From the NCBI GenBank assembly GCA_026387835.1, contig JAPLKZ010000005.1, positions 210,001 through 242,000 of the forward strand: DNA of 32,000 nucleotides. The letters run 5' to 3'. How positions within the stretch are numbered: the stretch's first letter is position 1; each line of letters begins with the position of its first letter. Under the pieces are notes generated by a model. It made no database searches. It saw nothing but the letters and a program-made list of their open reading frames with translations, and was not told the origin of the DNA. The position numbers and the translations under genes are program-made. The DNA is from Candidatus Saganbacteria bacterium. GTDB lineage: Bacteria; Margulisbacteria; WOR-1; JAKLHX01. Positions 8,319-16,955 of the stretch are shown here, piece after piece.

Positions 8319-9189
8319 GTTCTTTTTAAGGGAAGCGTGGAACGGTTTCCGCAGGAGCGGGATCATGAGCGTGATATCGCTGGCGACCATAACCGTGTCA
8401 CTGGTCGTCCTTGGCGCGTTCCTTCTGGTGATGTTCAACCTTGGGCATATCATCGACTCTGTCGGGTCCAAGATGGAGATCGTGGCTTATGTCGACAAAC
8501 CAATAGACGACTATACCGCCAGCACTTATATGCTCCAGCTGACAAAGATCGAAGGGGTCCAAAGCGTAAGATATATTTCAAAGGACGAAGCCTGGAGCGA
8601 TTTTAAAAGAGATTTTGAGGGGCGGCTCGAACTTGAGGAGATCGTAAAAGACAACCCCCTGCCCAACGCTTTTGTCATCAAAGTGAAAAAGCCGCAGCTT
8701 GTGACGGCGGTGGCAAAAAAGATATCCAACGTGCCCGATATCGACGAGGTGAGATATTCCGGCAGATTAGCCGACCGCTTCCAGACGCTGCTTGACGCAG
8801 TAAGACTGGGAGGGCTGATACTTGTCGCCCTGCTGATACTGGCGACCCTTCTTATCGTGGTGAACACGATAAGGCTTACGGTGATAGCAAGGCAGACCGA
8901 TATAGCGATAATGAAACTGGTAGGCGCGACCAACAATTTTATCAAGTGGCCTTTCATTATCGAGGGAATACTGATAGGCGTGATAGGCGCGGCGCTCTCG
9001 TTCATCATATTAAAGTTCTCGTATGACCTTGTCGCGATGCAGATCATGAAAGCCCTGCCGTTCATACCGCTGGTCACCTCAAAGACGGAACTTTTTCTGA
9101 TATACGGCGCGGTATCGGTCACGGGAGTGCTGCTCGGGGCTCTGGGAGGATATATTTCCGTAAATTCATTACTAAAGGAGACAATGTAA
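8308..9189 (+). CDS. ftsX: Cell division protein FtsX (permease)
   Basis: 293 aa; N-terminal REAWNGFRRSGIMSVISLATITVSL, extracellular loop, C-terminal FtsX/MacB-type membrane domain. Confidence 0.93.
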   Translation: MSFEFFLREAWNGFRRSGIMSVISLATITVSLVVLGAFLLVMFNLGHIIDSVGSKMEIVAYVDKPIDDYTASTYMLQLTKIEGVQSVRYISKDEAWSDFKRDFEGRLELEEIVKDNPLPNAFVIKVKKPQLVTAVAKKISNVPDIDEVRYSGRLADRFQTLLDAVRLGGLILVALLILATLLIVVNTIRLTVIARQTDIAIMKLVGATNNFIKWPFIIEGILIGVIGAALSFIILKFSYDLVAMQIMKALPFIPLVTSKTELFLIYGAVSVTGVLLGALGGYISVNSLLKETM

Positions 9190-10617
9190 ATGCTGAAATT
9201 TTTCAGGGAAAAGATGAAGGCGATAATGATAACGATAGCGGTAATATTCGCGGCGACGATGTTCTACGGCTTGGGGTATAAAGGGTTGAAAGGAGGTCCT
9301 GTCCAGCGCGCGACAAATGAAGGGCTCGCCACTGTGAACGGCAGGCAGGTGGACATATTCCGTTTCAACCAGATGGTCGGCCGCCTGATGGCGGCGCAGA
9401 CAAAAGGAAGCCGCGACCCTATGGCTATGCTTTATATGCAGAACGTAGCCCTCGCGCAGCTCATTGATTTCACCGTTATTTTGCAGGCCGGGGAAGGACA
9501 GTCCAGGATAGGAGGGGAAGAGATCGACAAGGCAGTGACGGATATAATGTATTCAAACAAGATCCCAGACCTTAAGACTTTCCAGAACATATTGAGGTCC
9601 CAGGGTTTTTCGCTGGACGATCTCCGCCGGATGATAAAGGACGAGATAATCGTCCAGCGTTTTGTGGCAAAGATGAACGGAGAGGTCTCGGTGTCGCCGG
9701 ACGATATGAGAGAGGTAAGAGCGCAACATATCCTGATAAGGCCGGCCGACGGGTCAAAAAAATCGTGGGATGAAGCGCTGAAACAGGCTGAGTCGGTATT
9801 GGCGCAGGCAAAGTCAGGCAAGGATTTTAACGCCCTTGCTAAGGAATATTCGCAGGACCCCGGGAACGCGAAAAAAGGAGGGGACCTCGGATTTTTTAAA
9901 AAAGGCGCGATGGTCAAAGAGTTCGATACGGCGGTCTTTGCGCTGAAGCCGGGAGAAGTGTCGCAGCCGGTAAAGACGCAGTTCGGATATCATATCATCA
10001 AGATGGATGAATCAAGGCTTGTCAAGGGAGCGGACAAAGAAAAGATCCTGGCGGAAAAAAAAGACAGGCTTTTCAAGGAATGGCTTGAGGGACGCAAAGA
10101 AAAGTCCCGGATCGAAATAAAGAACTATCTTTTAAATGCTTTTAACATGATGCTTAAGAACGACCAGTCTGGCGCGGTGATGGAGTTCAAAAAAGCCGCG
10201 GAGGCTGAACCTCAGAGCCCGTACCCGCATCTATTTTTCGGCAACATGCTGGTCCAGATGGGGAATAGCTCATCGGCATCGGAGGAATTCGGAAAGGCCG
10301 CGAACCTGGCGGGGCCCGATCCGTACGCCCATCTCTATATCGGGAAGGCATGCCTTAATACTTCAAGAACGTCGTCCGGAAAAACCGCAGAAGCGATGGC
10401 GGCAGAAGCGCTGTCGGAGTTCCAGAAAGCTTCCGTTCTCGCGGGCGAAAACAGAAAGATCCGTGAAGACCTGGCGGCATCGTTCAAAGAATTGAAGATG
10501 AAAACCCTTCTTTCGGAAGAGAACGGGAAACTTGAAAAAATAAAAGAGAAAGAAAAATTCGAGGAAGAGATAAAGAAAAAGATGGGAACGGGGACTTCCG
10601 AGACCGAAATAAAATGA
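9190..10617 (+). CDS. SurA/PrsA-like peptidyl-prolyl isomerase with PpiC rotamase domain and C-terminal TPR-like region
   Basis: 475 aa; N-terminal membrane anchor; RAQHILIRPADGSKKSWDEALKQAESVLAQAKSGKDFNALAKEYSQDPGNAKKGGDLGFFKKGAMVKEFDTAVFALKPGEVSQPVKTQFGYHIIKM. Confidence 0.9.
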   Translation: MLKFFREKMKAIMITIAVIFAATMFYGLGYKGLKGGPVQRATNEGLATVNGRQVDIFRFNQMVGRLMAAQTKGSRDPMAMLYMQNVALAQLIDFTVILQAGEGQSRIGGEEIDKAVTDIMYSNKIPDLKTFQNILRSQGFSLDDLRRMIKDEIIVQRFVAKMNGEVSVSPDDMREVRAQHILIRPADGSKKSWDEALKQAESVLAQAKSGKDFNALAKEYSQDPGNAKKGGDLGFFKKGAMVKEFDTAVFALKPGEVSQPVKTQFGYHIIKMDESRLVKGADKEKILAEKKDRLFKEWLEGRKEKSRIEIKNYLLNAFNMMLKNDQSGAVMEFKKAAEAEPQSPYPHLFFGNMLVQMGNSSSASEEFGKAANLAGPDPYAHLYIGKACLNTSRTSSGKTAEAMAAEALSEFQKASVLAGENRKIREDLAASFKELKMKTLLSEENGKLEKIKEKEKFEEEIKKKMGTGTSETEIK

Positions 10618-10625
10618 TCCCGGCG

Positions 10626-11993
10626 CTATTTCGCCAGATCGCAGGCTTCTTTTAAGAGCCTTTCAACATCTTCTTTCCGGGTAGCCTCGCAATATATACG
10701 GAGCAGAGGTTCCGTGCCGGAAGCTCTTAGTAATACCCAGCTTCCGTCTTCAAATATCAATTTTATCCCGTCCATGTCCCGGATGTCCTTTACTTTGAGA
10801 CTTGCCATCTCTTTAGGAGGGGCTTTTGATAATTTTTCCATCACGGCATTTTTCTTTTGATCGTCTATGCGGATGTCCACCCTGTCGTAATAATACCGGT
10901 GAAATTCTTTTGAGATATCGGCCAGTATTTCTTCAAGGTTCTTTTTTTCGGCGGCCATAAGCTCGATCAACAGGAGCGCGCATAGAATGCCGTCCCTTTC
11001 GGGGATGTGCCCTTTGATCCCGAAACCGCCGCTTTCTTCCCCGCCGATAAGGATGTCCTCCTTCAGCATGAGATCGCAAACGTGTTTAAAACCGATCGGC
11101 CTCACGTACAATCTTAGCCCGTATTTTTCGCACATCTCGTCGATAAGATGAGTGACGTTGAAAGTCTTGACGACCGACCCGGCCATCTTTTTGTTCTTTA
11201 CAAGATGATGGAGCAGCAGGGCAAATACCTGGTGCGTATTGATGAAGACCCCGTCCGAACCCACAGCTCCTATACGGTCCGCGTCACCGTCAAGCGCGAG
11301 GCCGACGACTTTTTCCCTTCCGCATTTATCAATGAGGGCTTTCAGGTTAGGTGTGATGGGCTCGGGGTTCACGCCTCCGAAAAGAGGGTCGCGGCGGTCA
11401 TTGATCTCTTCTATCTTGATGAGGTCTTTCAGGACGGTCTTAAGATATCCGGAGCCGCTGCCGAAAAGACAATCAACTACGACTCTTACGCCCGATCCCG
11501 ATATAAGGTCGAGATCCACCATCTTAGATACGCTTTCAAGATAATCTTTTTTCGGATCAAAGGTCTTTATTTTCCCCGCGGGCGTGTTTTTTGGTGATGC
11601 TTTATCGAGAAGCGCTTCGATTCTTTTTGTCATCTCAGGTGTTGCTGATCCAGCAAAGCTGCCTTTGACCTTGAAACCGTTCCAGTCAAAAGGGTTATGG
11701 CTGGCCGTTATCATTATCCCCGCGGGGCTCGAATATTTTTTTACGAAAAAAGAAACAGCAGGGGTAGGGCAGGAGCTTTCGGCCAGGAGCACGTCTATCC
11801 CGTTAGAAACCACTGTTTCCGCGGACAATCCCGCGAAATGTTCCGAAAGGAACCTGTTGTCGTAGCCGATCACGACGGGAGCGGACGCTTTTCCGACAAA
11901 GAGTGAAAAGGCTTCAGCAACGGTCTTTACGTTCTGAAAGGTGAAGTCCTCGGCAATGCGCGCTCTCCACCCGTCAGTCCCGAATTTGATCAT
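10626..11993 (-). CDS. Phosphoglucomutase/phosphomannomutase family protein
   Basis: 455 aa; MIKFGTDGWRARIAEDFT, GIMITASHNPFDWNGFKVKG, ALDGDADRIGAV, GGEESGGFG, RASGTEPLLRIYCEA. Confidence 0.93.
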   Translation of the reverse strand: MIKFGTDGWRARIAEDFTFQNVKTVAEAFSLFVGKASAPVVIGYDNRFLSEHFAGLSAETVVSNGIDVLLAESSCPTPAVSFFVKKYSSPAGIMITASHNPFDWNGFKVKGSFAGSATPEMTKRIEALLDKASPKNTPAGKIKTFDPKKDYLESVSKMVDLDLISGSGVRVVVDCLFGSGSGYLKTVLKDLIKIEEINDRRDPLFGGVNPEPITPNLKALIDKCGREKVVGLALDGDADRIGAVGSDGVFINTHQVFALLLHHLVKNKKMAGSVVKTFNVTHLIDEMCEKYGLRLYVRPIGFKHVCDLMLKEDILIGGEESGGFGIKGHIPERDGILCALLLIELMAAEKKNLEEILADISKEFHRYYYDRVDIRIDDQKKNAVMEKLSKAPPKEMASLKVKDIRDMDGIKLIFEDGSWVLLRASGTEPLLRIYCEATRKEDVERLLKEACDLAK

Positions 11994-12008
11994 ATATAAA
12001 ACCCTCCT

Positions 12009-14075
12009 CTAAAATGTCTCCTCATAAAATTCTTTTGTTCCGGTATCCGAAGGTCCCGATCCTTCTTTAATGATCTCTTCCCCGTTTGCCGGGGTAGTCT
12101 TTTTGCCGTGGGAGCTTGCGCAGACGCTCGTCGGCTGCTTACCTGCCCAGAAAGTGGCCCATTTGACTTTCCCGGGAGGACAGTCCGGACCGGCAAGACG
12201 GCCGGAATAAAGGCAGATCCTGACATTTACGACATTTTCCGGTTTTGGAAAATCTTCGGGAGGCGTCGCTGAAAGTACGGTCTCCATGAACTGTTTCCAT
12301 ATCCTGGGGCACACCGAGACCTCCGCGACGCCCTTCATGGGAGTATTGTCGTCGTTGCCGACCCATACTCCGGTTATCAGCTGCGGCACGAATCCTATGA
12401 ACCAGGCGTCGCGGAAATTATCGGATGTTCCGGTCTTTGCCGCTGCGGGCCTGCCTATCTTGGCGCGATATCCCGTGCCGATCGCGATGACCCCTTTCAT
12501 CATGTCGACCATGATATAAGCGATCTTGGGCTCCAGCACCTGCGTCTTTTTATCTTCGTTCTCTTCGATGATCCGGCCGTTCTTGTCTGTTATCTTTGAT
12601 ATGCAGAGAGGATCCGCCCTCACACCTCCGGTCGCAAAAGAGCTGTAAGCGGAGGTCATCTCCAAAAGAGACATATCGGATGTGCCGAGCACGAGAGAGA
12701 GGCTGGGGCTTATATCGGACTTTATCCCCATTTTGTGAGCGACAGCTATCGCGTTGTCGATCCCGACTTTCTGCAGCAGTTTTATAGCCGGGAGATTAAG
12801 GGAGTTCTCAAGCGCGTAACGCAGCATGACAGGTCCCCTGAACTTTTTGTCAAAATCTTTCGGCTTCCATTTGCCGTCCGGATGTTCCTTGTCCGGGAAC
12901 ACGTCGAAAGTCGCAGGCGTGTCATACAGTATATCTCCGGGAGAGATACCCTGTTCCATGGCCGCGGTGTAGACAAACGGTTTGAACGATGACCCGGGTG
13001 ATCTTTTTGCCTGGGTCACCCTGTTGAACTCGCTTTTGTTAAAATCGCTCCCTCCGACCATCGTCAGTATATGGCCCGTAACGGGGTCGATGGTCAAAAG
13101 CGCGGCTTGCGAGAAATGGTATTTAGGACCTTCTTTCATGATGAAACTTGAGACCGTGCTTTCGGCCACGTGCTGCATCGGCATATTAAGCGTCGTGTAG
13201 ATCCTTAACCCGCCCTTGTAGACCATCTCCGGCCCGTATTTTTCAACAAGCTGGTTGATCACAAAAGTGGTGAAATAAGGCGCGTTGAACTTATATTTGT
13301 TCATCTGTCCCATCGAAAGGGTGACTTTTTCTTTTTTTGCCGTTTCCGCCTGTTCGTCCGTTATCATCCCGTCGCGGGCCATTTTTTCAAGGACATTGTC
13401 TCTCTTTTTAATTGCGAGATCAAAATTCCTGTATGGCGAATATATTTCAGGAGCCCCTAAAATACTGGCAAGAAGCGCTGCCTCTCCGAGGGTAAGGCTG
13501 TCCGCATGCTTGCCGAAATAGATCTGGGAAGCGGTGTCGGACCCGTAAGTGTTGTGCCCCCAGTAGACCTGGTTCAAATACATCTCAAGGATCTCTTCTT
13601 TCGTGTATTTGCGCTCAAGCTCCAATGCTATATACATTTCCGATAATTTCCTGCCGAAAGTTTTTTTTGTGTTCAAAAAGAGAGACCTGGCCAGCTGCTG
13701 AGTGATTGTGCTTCCTCCCTGCTCGATACGGCCGCTGAAAAGATTTACCAGTGTCGCTCTTGCGATCGCTTTCAGCGAGATCCCGCGGTGGTTGAAAAAA
13801 TCATTGTCTTCCGAAGCCAGCACCGCTTTTATCAGGTAAGGGGATATCTGCGAGATGGGAACGGATATTCTTTTTTCCCCCGCGTGTATGGTCCCTAGCA
13901 CGGTCCCGTCGGCCGAATATATGATCGTAGATTCGAACGGGACGGCGTCGCTCAGGTCAGAAAGGTCCGGCAGTTGAACAGACCCCTGGATGGCAAAACC
14001 GGCTGTAGCCGCGATGACAATAAGTAATATTACTATCATCCAGCTGCCGCCCTGCTTCTTTTTCTTTTTCGGCAT
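12009..14075 (-). CDS. mrcA: Class A penicillin-binding protein (PBP1A family)
   Basis: 688 aa; transmembrane anchor; GT51 motifs EDNDFFNHRG, GGSTITQQLARSLFLN; transpeptidase motifs SPGSSFKP, YSSFATGG, AAKTGTSDNFRDAWFIGFVPQLITGVWVGNDD. Confidence 0.95.
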   Translation of the reverse strand: MPKKKKKQGGSWMIVILLIVIAATAGFAIQGSVQLPDLSDLSDAVPFESTIIYSADGTVLGTIHAGEKRISVPISQISPYLIKAVLASEDNDFFNHRGISLKAIARATLVNLFSGRIEQGGSTITQQLARSLFLNTKKTFGRKLSEMYIALELERKYTKEEILEMYLNQVYWGHNTYGSDTASQIYFGKHADSLTLGEAALLASILGAPEIYSPYRNFDLAIKKRDNVLEKMARDGMITDEQAETAKKEKVTLSMGQMNKYKFNAPYFTTFVINQLVEKYGPEMVYKGGLRIYTTLNMPMQHVAESTVSSFIMKEGPKYHFSQAALLTIDPVTGHILTMVGGSDFNKSEFNRVTQAKRSPGSSFKPFVYTAAMEQGISPGDILYDTPATFDVFPDKEHPDGKWKPKDFDKKFRGPVMLRYALENSLNLPAIKLLQKVGIDNAIAVAHKMGIKSDISPSLSLVLGTSDMSLLEMTSAYSSFATGGVRADPLCISKITDKNGRIIEENEDKKTQVLEPKIAYIMVDMMKGVIAIGTGYRAKIGRPAAAKTGTSDNFRDAWFIGFVPQLITGVWVGNDDNTPMKGVAEVSVCPRIWKQFMETVLSATPPEDFPKPENVVNVRICLYSGRLAGPDCPPGKVKWATFWAGKQPTSVCASSHGKKTTPANGEEIIKEGSGPSDTGTKEFYEETF

Positions 14076-14086
14076 TTTCTTTAATG

Positions 14087-14095
14087 ATTATAACA
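14087..14095 (-). promoter_or_regulatory. Extended -10 promoter TGTTATAAT for mrcA, 11 nt upstream of the ATG
   Basis: Minus-strand reading of plus ATTATAACA (14087-14095). I see no convincing -35 box or Shine-Dalgarno. Confidence 0.5.
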
Positions 14096-14110
14096 TGGTA
14101 ATAACAGCAA

Positions 14111-14260
14111 CCCTCACCCCAACCCTCTCCCGCTAACCGCGGGAGAGGGAGAAAAAAATGCTTGTTGAATATTTCAATCAACTTTTTTATGCACCCTCTC
14201 CCTCAGGGAGAGGGAAGCCTGCCCGCAATGCTTCGCATAGCGAAGCAGGCGGGGGTGAGG
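14111..14260. repeat. Composite intergenic inverted-repeat element with terminal CCTCACCCC/GGGGTGAGG and two GC-rich hairpins
   Basis: Outer arms 14112-14120 / 14252-14260; hairpin CCCTCTCCCGC (14123-14133)/GCGGGAGAGGG (14139-14149); hairpin CCCTCTCCC (14194-14202)/GGGAGAGGG (14206-14214); further GC-rich palindromic sequence at 14218-14250. Confidence 0.85.
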
Positions 14261-14272
14261 TATGGGATGGTA

Positions 14273-14281
14273 TGATATAAT
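14273..14281 (+). promoter_or_regulatory. Extended -10 promoter TGATATAAT upstream of the duplicated aroQ start region
   Basis: Perfect TGn-TATAAT; expected TSS about 14288, directly before the first copy of the 26-bp repeat. Confidence 0.55.
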
Positions 14282-14288
14282 TTAATTG

Positions 14289-14314
14289 GAGTAAATAAAA
14301 TGAAAAACATCCTG
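14289..14314 (+). repeat. 26-bp perfect direct repeat, copy 1 (GAGTAAATAAAATGAAAAACATCCTG)
   Basis: Identical to 14457-14482. Confidence 0.97.
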
Positions 14315-14383
14315 TTTCCCTGCCCAAGATCAAAATCGAGTGAAATTTTCAATAAATACCATCGATACTCTTTCAGCCGGTGA
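14300..14383 (+). other. 27-codon candidate leader ORF MKNILFPCPRSKSSEIFNKYHRYSFSR
   Basis: ATG inside repeat copy 1, preceded by GGAG and an extended -10; stops at TGA 14381-14383. No evidence that it is functional. Confidence 0.3.
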
Positions 14384-14456
14384 CGATCCGGATATTAAAG
14401 GGAGAAAATAAAAATGCAGACAACTAGGGCTTCTTTTGCAGCAGCGCTAAGGACGA

Positions 14457-14482
14457 GAGTAAATAAAATGAAAAACATCCTG
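14457..14482 (+). repeat. 26-bp perfect direct repeat, copy 2, covering the true aroQ start
   Basis: Identical to 14289-14314. Confidence 0.97.
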
Positions 14483-14902
14483 GTCATCCACGGCGCGAAT
14501 CTCAACCTTCTCGGCCAAAGGGAACCTTCCGTGTACGGGAGTTTCACGATGGAAGATATCAATAAAGAGCTGAAGAAACTCGGAAAAGAGCTCGGGGCGA
14601 AAGTGGATTTTTTTCAGAATAACATAGAAGGCGAGATAGTGAACGCCATCCAGGCAGCGAAAGACAGGTATGGCGCTATTGTTATCAATCCCGGAGGTTA
14701 CACGCATACCAGCGTCGTCATAAGGGACGCGATAGCGGCAGTGAAGCTCCCGACCGTGGAAATCCACATGTCGAACATCTACGCCCGCGAGAAATTCAGG
14801 CAAAGATCCGTAATCGCTCCCGTGGCATCGGGTCAGATCGCGGGTTTCGGAAAAGACAGCTACCTCTTGGGTCTCCGCGCCGCTGTATCTTTGATAAAGT
14901 AA
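14468..14902 (+). CDS. aroQ: 3-dehydroquinate dehydratase, type II (alternative in-frame start at 14414)
   Basis: [24 protein letters not shown]...[15 protein letters not shown]...[21 protein letters not shown]...[33 protein letters not shown]. Confidence 0.96.
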   Translation: MKNILVIHGANLNLLGQREPSVYGSFTMEDINKELKKLGKELGAKVDFFQNNIEGEIVNAIQAAKDRYGAIVINPGGYTHTSVVIRDAIAAVKLPTVEIHMSNIYAREKFRQRSVIAPVASGQIAGFGKDSYLLGLRAAVSLIK

Positions 14903-14903
14903 G

Positions 14904-15569
14904 ATGGGATCTCTCCGGATACGCTGCTTAAGAAAAGCGGCAAGCATCGCTTCCTCCGTTATGGATGAGATCACCCTTTTAATACAACCCGGAATGACCG
15001 AAAAACAAGTAGCCCTCATGATCAGGAGGATGCTGAGAAAAAAAGGCGCTGAAGGCCATTCTTTTGACATAATAGTAGCTTCAGGCAGAAGATCGTCGTT
15101 CCCTCACGGTTATGCCACAAAGAAAAAGATCAGGAAGAACGAGATCGTGATGCTGGATTTCGGCGCTGTGTATAAGGGATGGAAGTCGGATATTACGCGG
15201 ACGGTCCATCTCGGAAAGTTTACAGGTTTTCAGAAAAAGGTCTATAATCTTGTATTAAAGGCCCATTTAAAGGCGGCAAGGGCGGTGGCCGACGGTGTCC
15301 CGGTAAAAGTGATCGATAAAAAGGTCAGAAGCGAGTTCAAGAAACACGGCCTTGAAAAATACTTCTGTCACAGCACCGGGCACGGGATCGGCAGGCATGT
15401 CCACGAACCGCCGAGGATATCCTTTAAAAGCGACGAGGTTTTGAGGCAAGGTATGGTAGTGACGATAGAACCGGGACTTTATTTTAAAAAATGGGGCGGC
15501 ATAAGGATAGAGGATATGATACTTGTGACAAAGGACGGCCATGAGATGCTGACGCACGCGCTCCGATGA
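14904..15569 (+). CDS. M24-family metallopeptidase (Xaa-Pro aminopeptidase / MetAP-like), catalytic domain only
   Basis: 221 aa; metal-ligand motifs VMLDFGAVYKGWKSDITRT, HSTGHGIGRHVHEPP, TIEPGLY, GGIRIEDMILVT; no N-terminal creatinase domain. Confidence 0.88.
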   Translation: MGSLRIRCLRKAASIASSVMDEITLLIQPGMTEKQVALMIRRMLRKKGAEGHSFDIIVASGRRSSFPHGYATKKKIRKNEIVMLDFGAVYKGWKSDITRTVHLGKFTGFQKKVYNLVLKAHLKAARAVADGVPVKVIDKKVRSEFKKHGLEKYFCHSTGHGIGRHVHEPPRISFKSDEVLRQGMVVTIEPGLYFKKWGGIRIEDMILVTKDGHEMLTHALR

Positions 15570-16255
15570 AGACTACGGCAATAATCGCGGCGGGCGGGCT
15601 TGGCACCAGGATGCGCAGTCCCGACGGAAAGCTTTTTATCGAGATCTGCGGCAAACCTGTGCTCGGCCTCACGATAAAAGCTTTTGAGAATTCGGAGATC
15701 ATCGACGATATCATCCTTGTCGTCGCGCTCGACGAGATAGAAAAAGCGAGAAAATTAAAAGAGAGGGAAGGCTACAAAAAAATAAGGCATATAATACAGG
15801 GCGGAGCGTCGAGACAGGCATCGGTCTATAACGGGCTGCAGGTCGTCTCGGATGACACGGATATCGTCGTGATCCATGACGGCGCGAGACCTTTTGTGAC
15901 AAAAGAGATAATCCTTGAGGCGGTCAGCGAGACAAGGGCGCACAGAGCGGTGATAGTGGGGGTCCCGGTCAAGGACACAATAAAAACGGTGAAGGACGAC
16001 AGGCTTGTCTCGAACACCCTTGACAGGGAGATCCTGTGGCAGGTCCAGACGCCGCAGGTGTTCGATTTTAAACTTATAAAAGAAGCCTACGAGAGAGCAA
16101 ACAGGCTGGACATCCAGGCAACGGACGACGCGAGGCTGGTAGAGCGGCTCGGTGAAAAAGTGAAGATGATCAGCGGGTCCTACGATAATATCAAGATAAC
16201 AACGCCGGAAGACCTGATGATCGCGGAGGCGATACTGAGATCAAAACAGTCATAA
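15566..16255 (+). CDS. ispD: 2-C-methyl-D-erythritol 4-phosphate cytidylyltransferase
   Basis: 229 aa; AIIAAGGLGTRM, IIQGGASRQASVYNGL, VVIHDGARPFV, VPVKDTIKTV, QTPQVFDF, ATDDARLVERLG. Confidence 0.95.
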   Translation: MKTTAIIAAGGLGTRMRSPDGKLFIEICGKPVLGLTIKAFENSEIIDDIILVVALDEIEKARKLKEREGYKKIRHIIQGGASRQASVYNGLQVVSDDTDIVVIHDGARPFVTKEIILEAVSETRAHRAVIVGVPVKDTIKTVKDDRLVSNTLDREILWQVQTPQVFDFKLIKEAYERANRLDIQATDDARLVERLGEKVKMISGSYDNIKITTPEDLMIAEAILRSKQS

Positions 16256-16263
16256 TCGGTATA

Positions 16264-16584
16264 ATGGCAGGCCTGATAAGCGGGCTTGTGGGGGTGGGAG
16301 GCGGGATCGTGATGGTCCCTGCGATGGTCATATTATTAAAAATGAACCAGCATGAAACGCAGGGGACATCGCTGTTCGCGATCATACCCACGGCTGCGGT
16401 CGGAGCAGCGACTTACGCGGTATCGGGATATCTGAACGTCGGCGTGGCGCTCTGGGTCGCGATAGGCAGTTTTGCCGGAGCGTATTTCGGAAGCTCGTTC
16501 GCTAACAAGATATCGGAAAAGAACTTAAAGATCATCTATGTCTTATTTTTGATGGTGGTCGGGATAAAATTCTTAATAAAATGA
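16264..16584 (+). CDS. TauE/SafE-type permease, N-terminal half as a separate ORF
   Basis: 106 aa, about 4 hydrophobic helices; SGLVGVGGGIVMVPAMVI...ETQGTSLFAIIPTAAVGAATY. Confidence 0.75.
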   Translation: MAGLISGLVGVGGGIVMVPAMVILLKMNQHETQGTSLFAIIPTAAVGAATYAVSGYLNVGVALWVAIGSFAGAYFGSSFANKISEKNLKIIYVLFLMVVGIKFLIK

Positions 16585-16955
16585 CAATAACAATACTGAC
16601 AATGATCGTTTTGACGGGGTTCGGTGCAGGGCTGTTGAGCGGGATGCTGGGCGTGGGTGGCGGCACGATAATAGTGCCTGCTCTTGTGATAATACTCGGC
16701 TTTTCGCAGCATCTTGCCCAGGGGGTATCTCTCGCGGTCATAATCCCCACAGCGATAATGGGAGCTTACGGTTATTCTATAAGGGATAAGATCAACAGGG
16801 ATGTCGGAGTAAGGATGGCTTGCGGTTCGGTAGCAGGGGTTCTTCTCGGCTCATATCTTGCCTGCAGGATCGCTTCGGACGACCTTAAAAAAATATTCGG
16901 GGTCTTTGCGATCATTGTCGCGTTAAAGATATTAAAAGATGTATTTTCCAAATAA
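16581..16955 (+). CDS. TauE/SafE-type permease, C-terminal half as a separate ORF
   Basis: 124 aa; GAGLLSGMLGVGGGTIIVPALVIILGFSQHLAQGVSLAVIIPTAIMGAYGY. Start overlaps the preceding stop (ATGA). Confidence 0.75.
   Translation: MTITILTMIVLTGFGAGLLSGMLGVGGGTIIVPALVIILGFSQHLAQGVSLAVIIPTAIMGAYGYSIRDKINRDVGVRMACGSVAGVLLGSYLACRIASDDLKKIFGVFAIIVALKILKDVFSK

Noticed and set aside
14111-14260. Possible CRISPR or rho-independent terminator
   Set aside because: No regular spacer/repeat spacing, and the hairpins lack the expected U-run structure for a simple terminator. Better described as a composite inverted-repeat element.
16264-16955. Treating the split TauE/SafE as a pseudogene
   Set aside because: Both halves retain intact repeats and motifs with a clean ATGA overlap. 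A sequencing error remains possible and is stated as the alternative.
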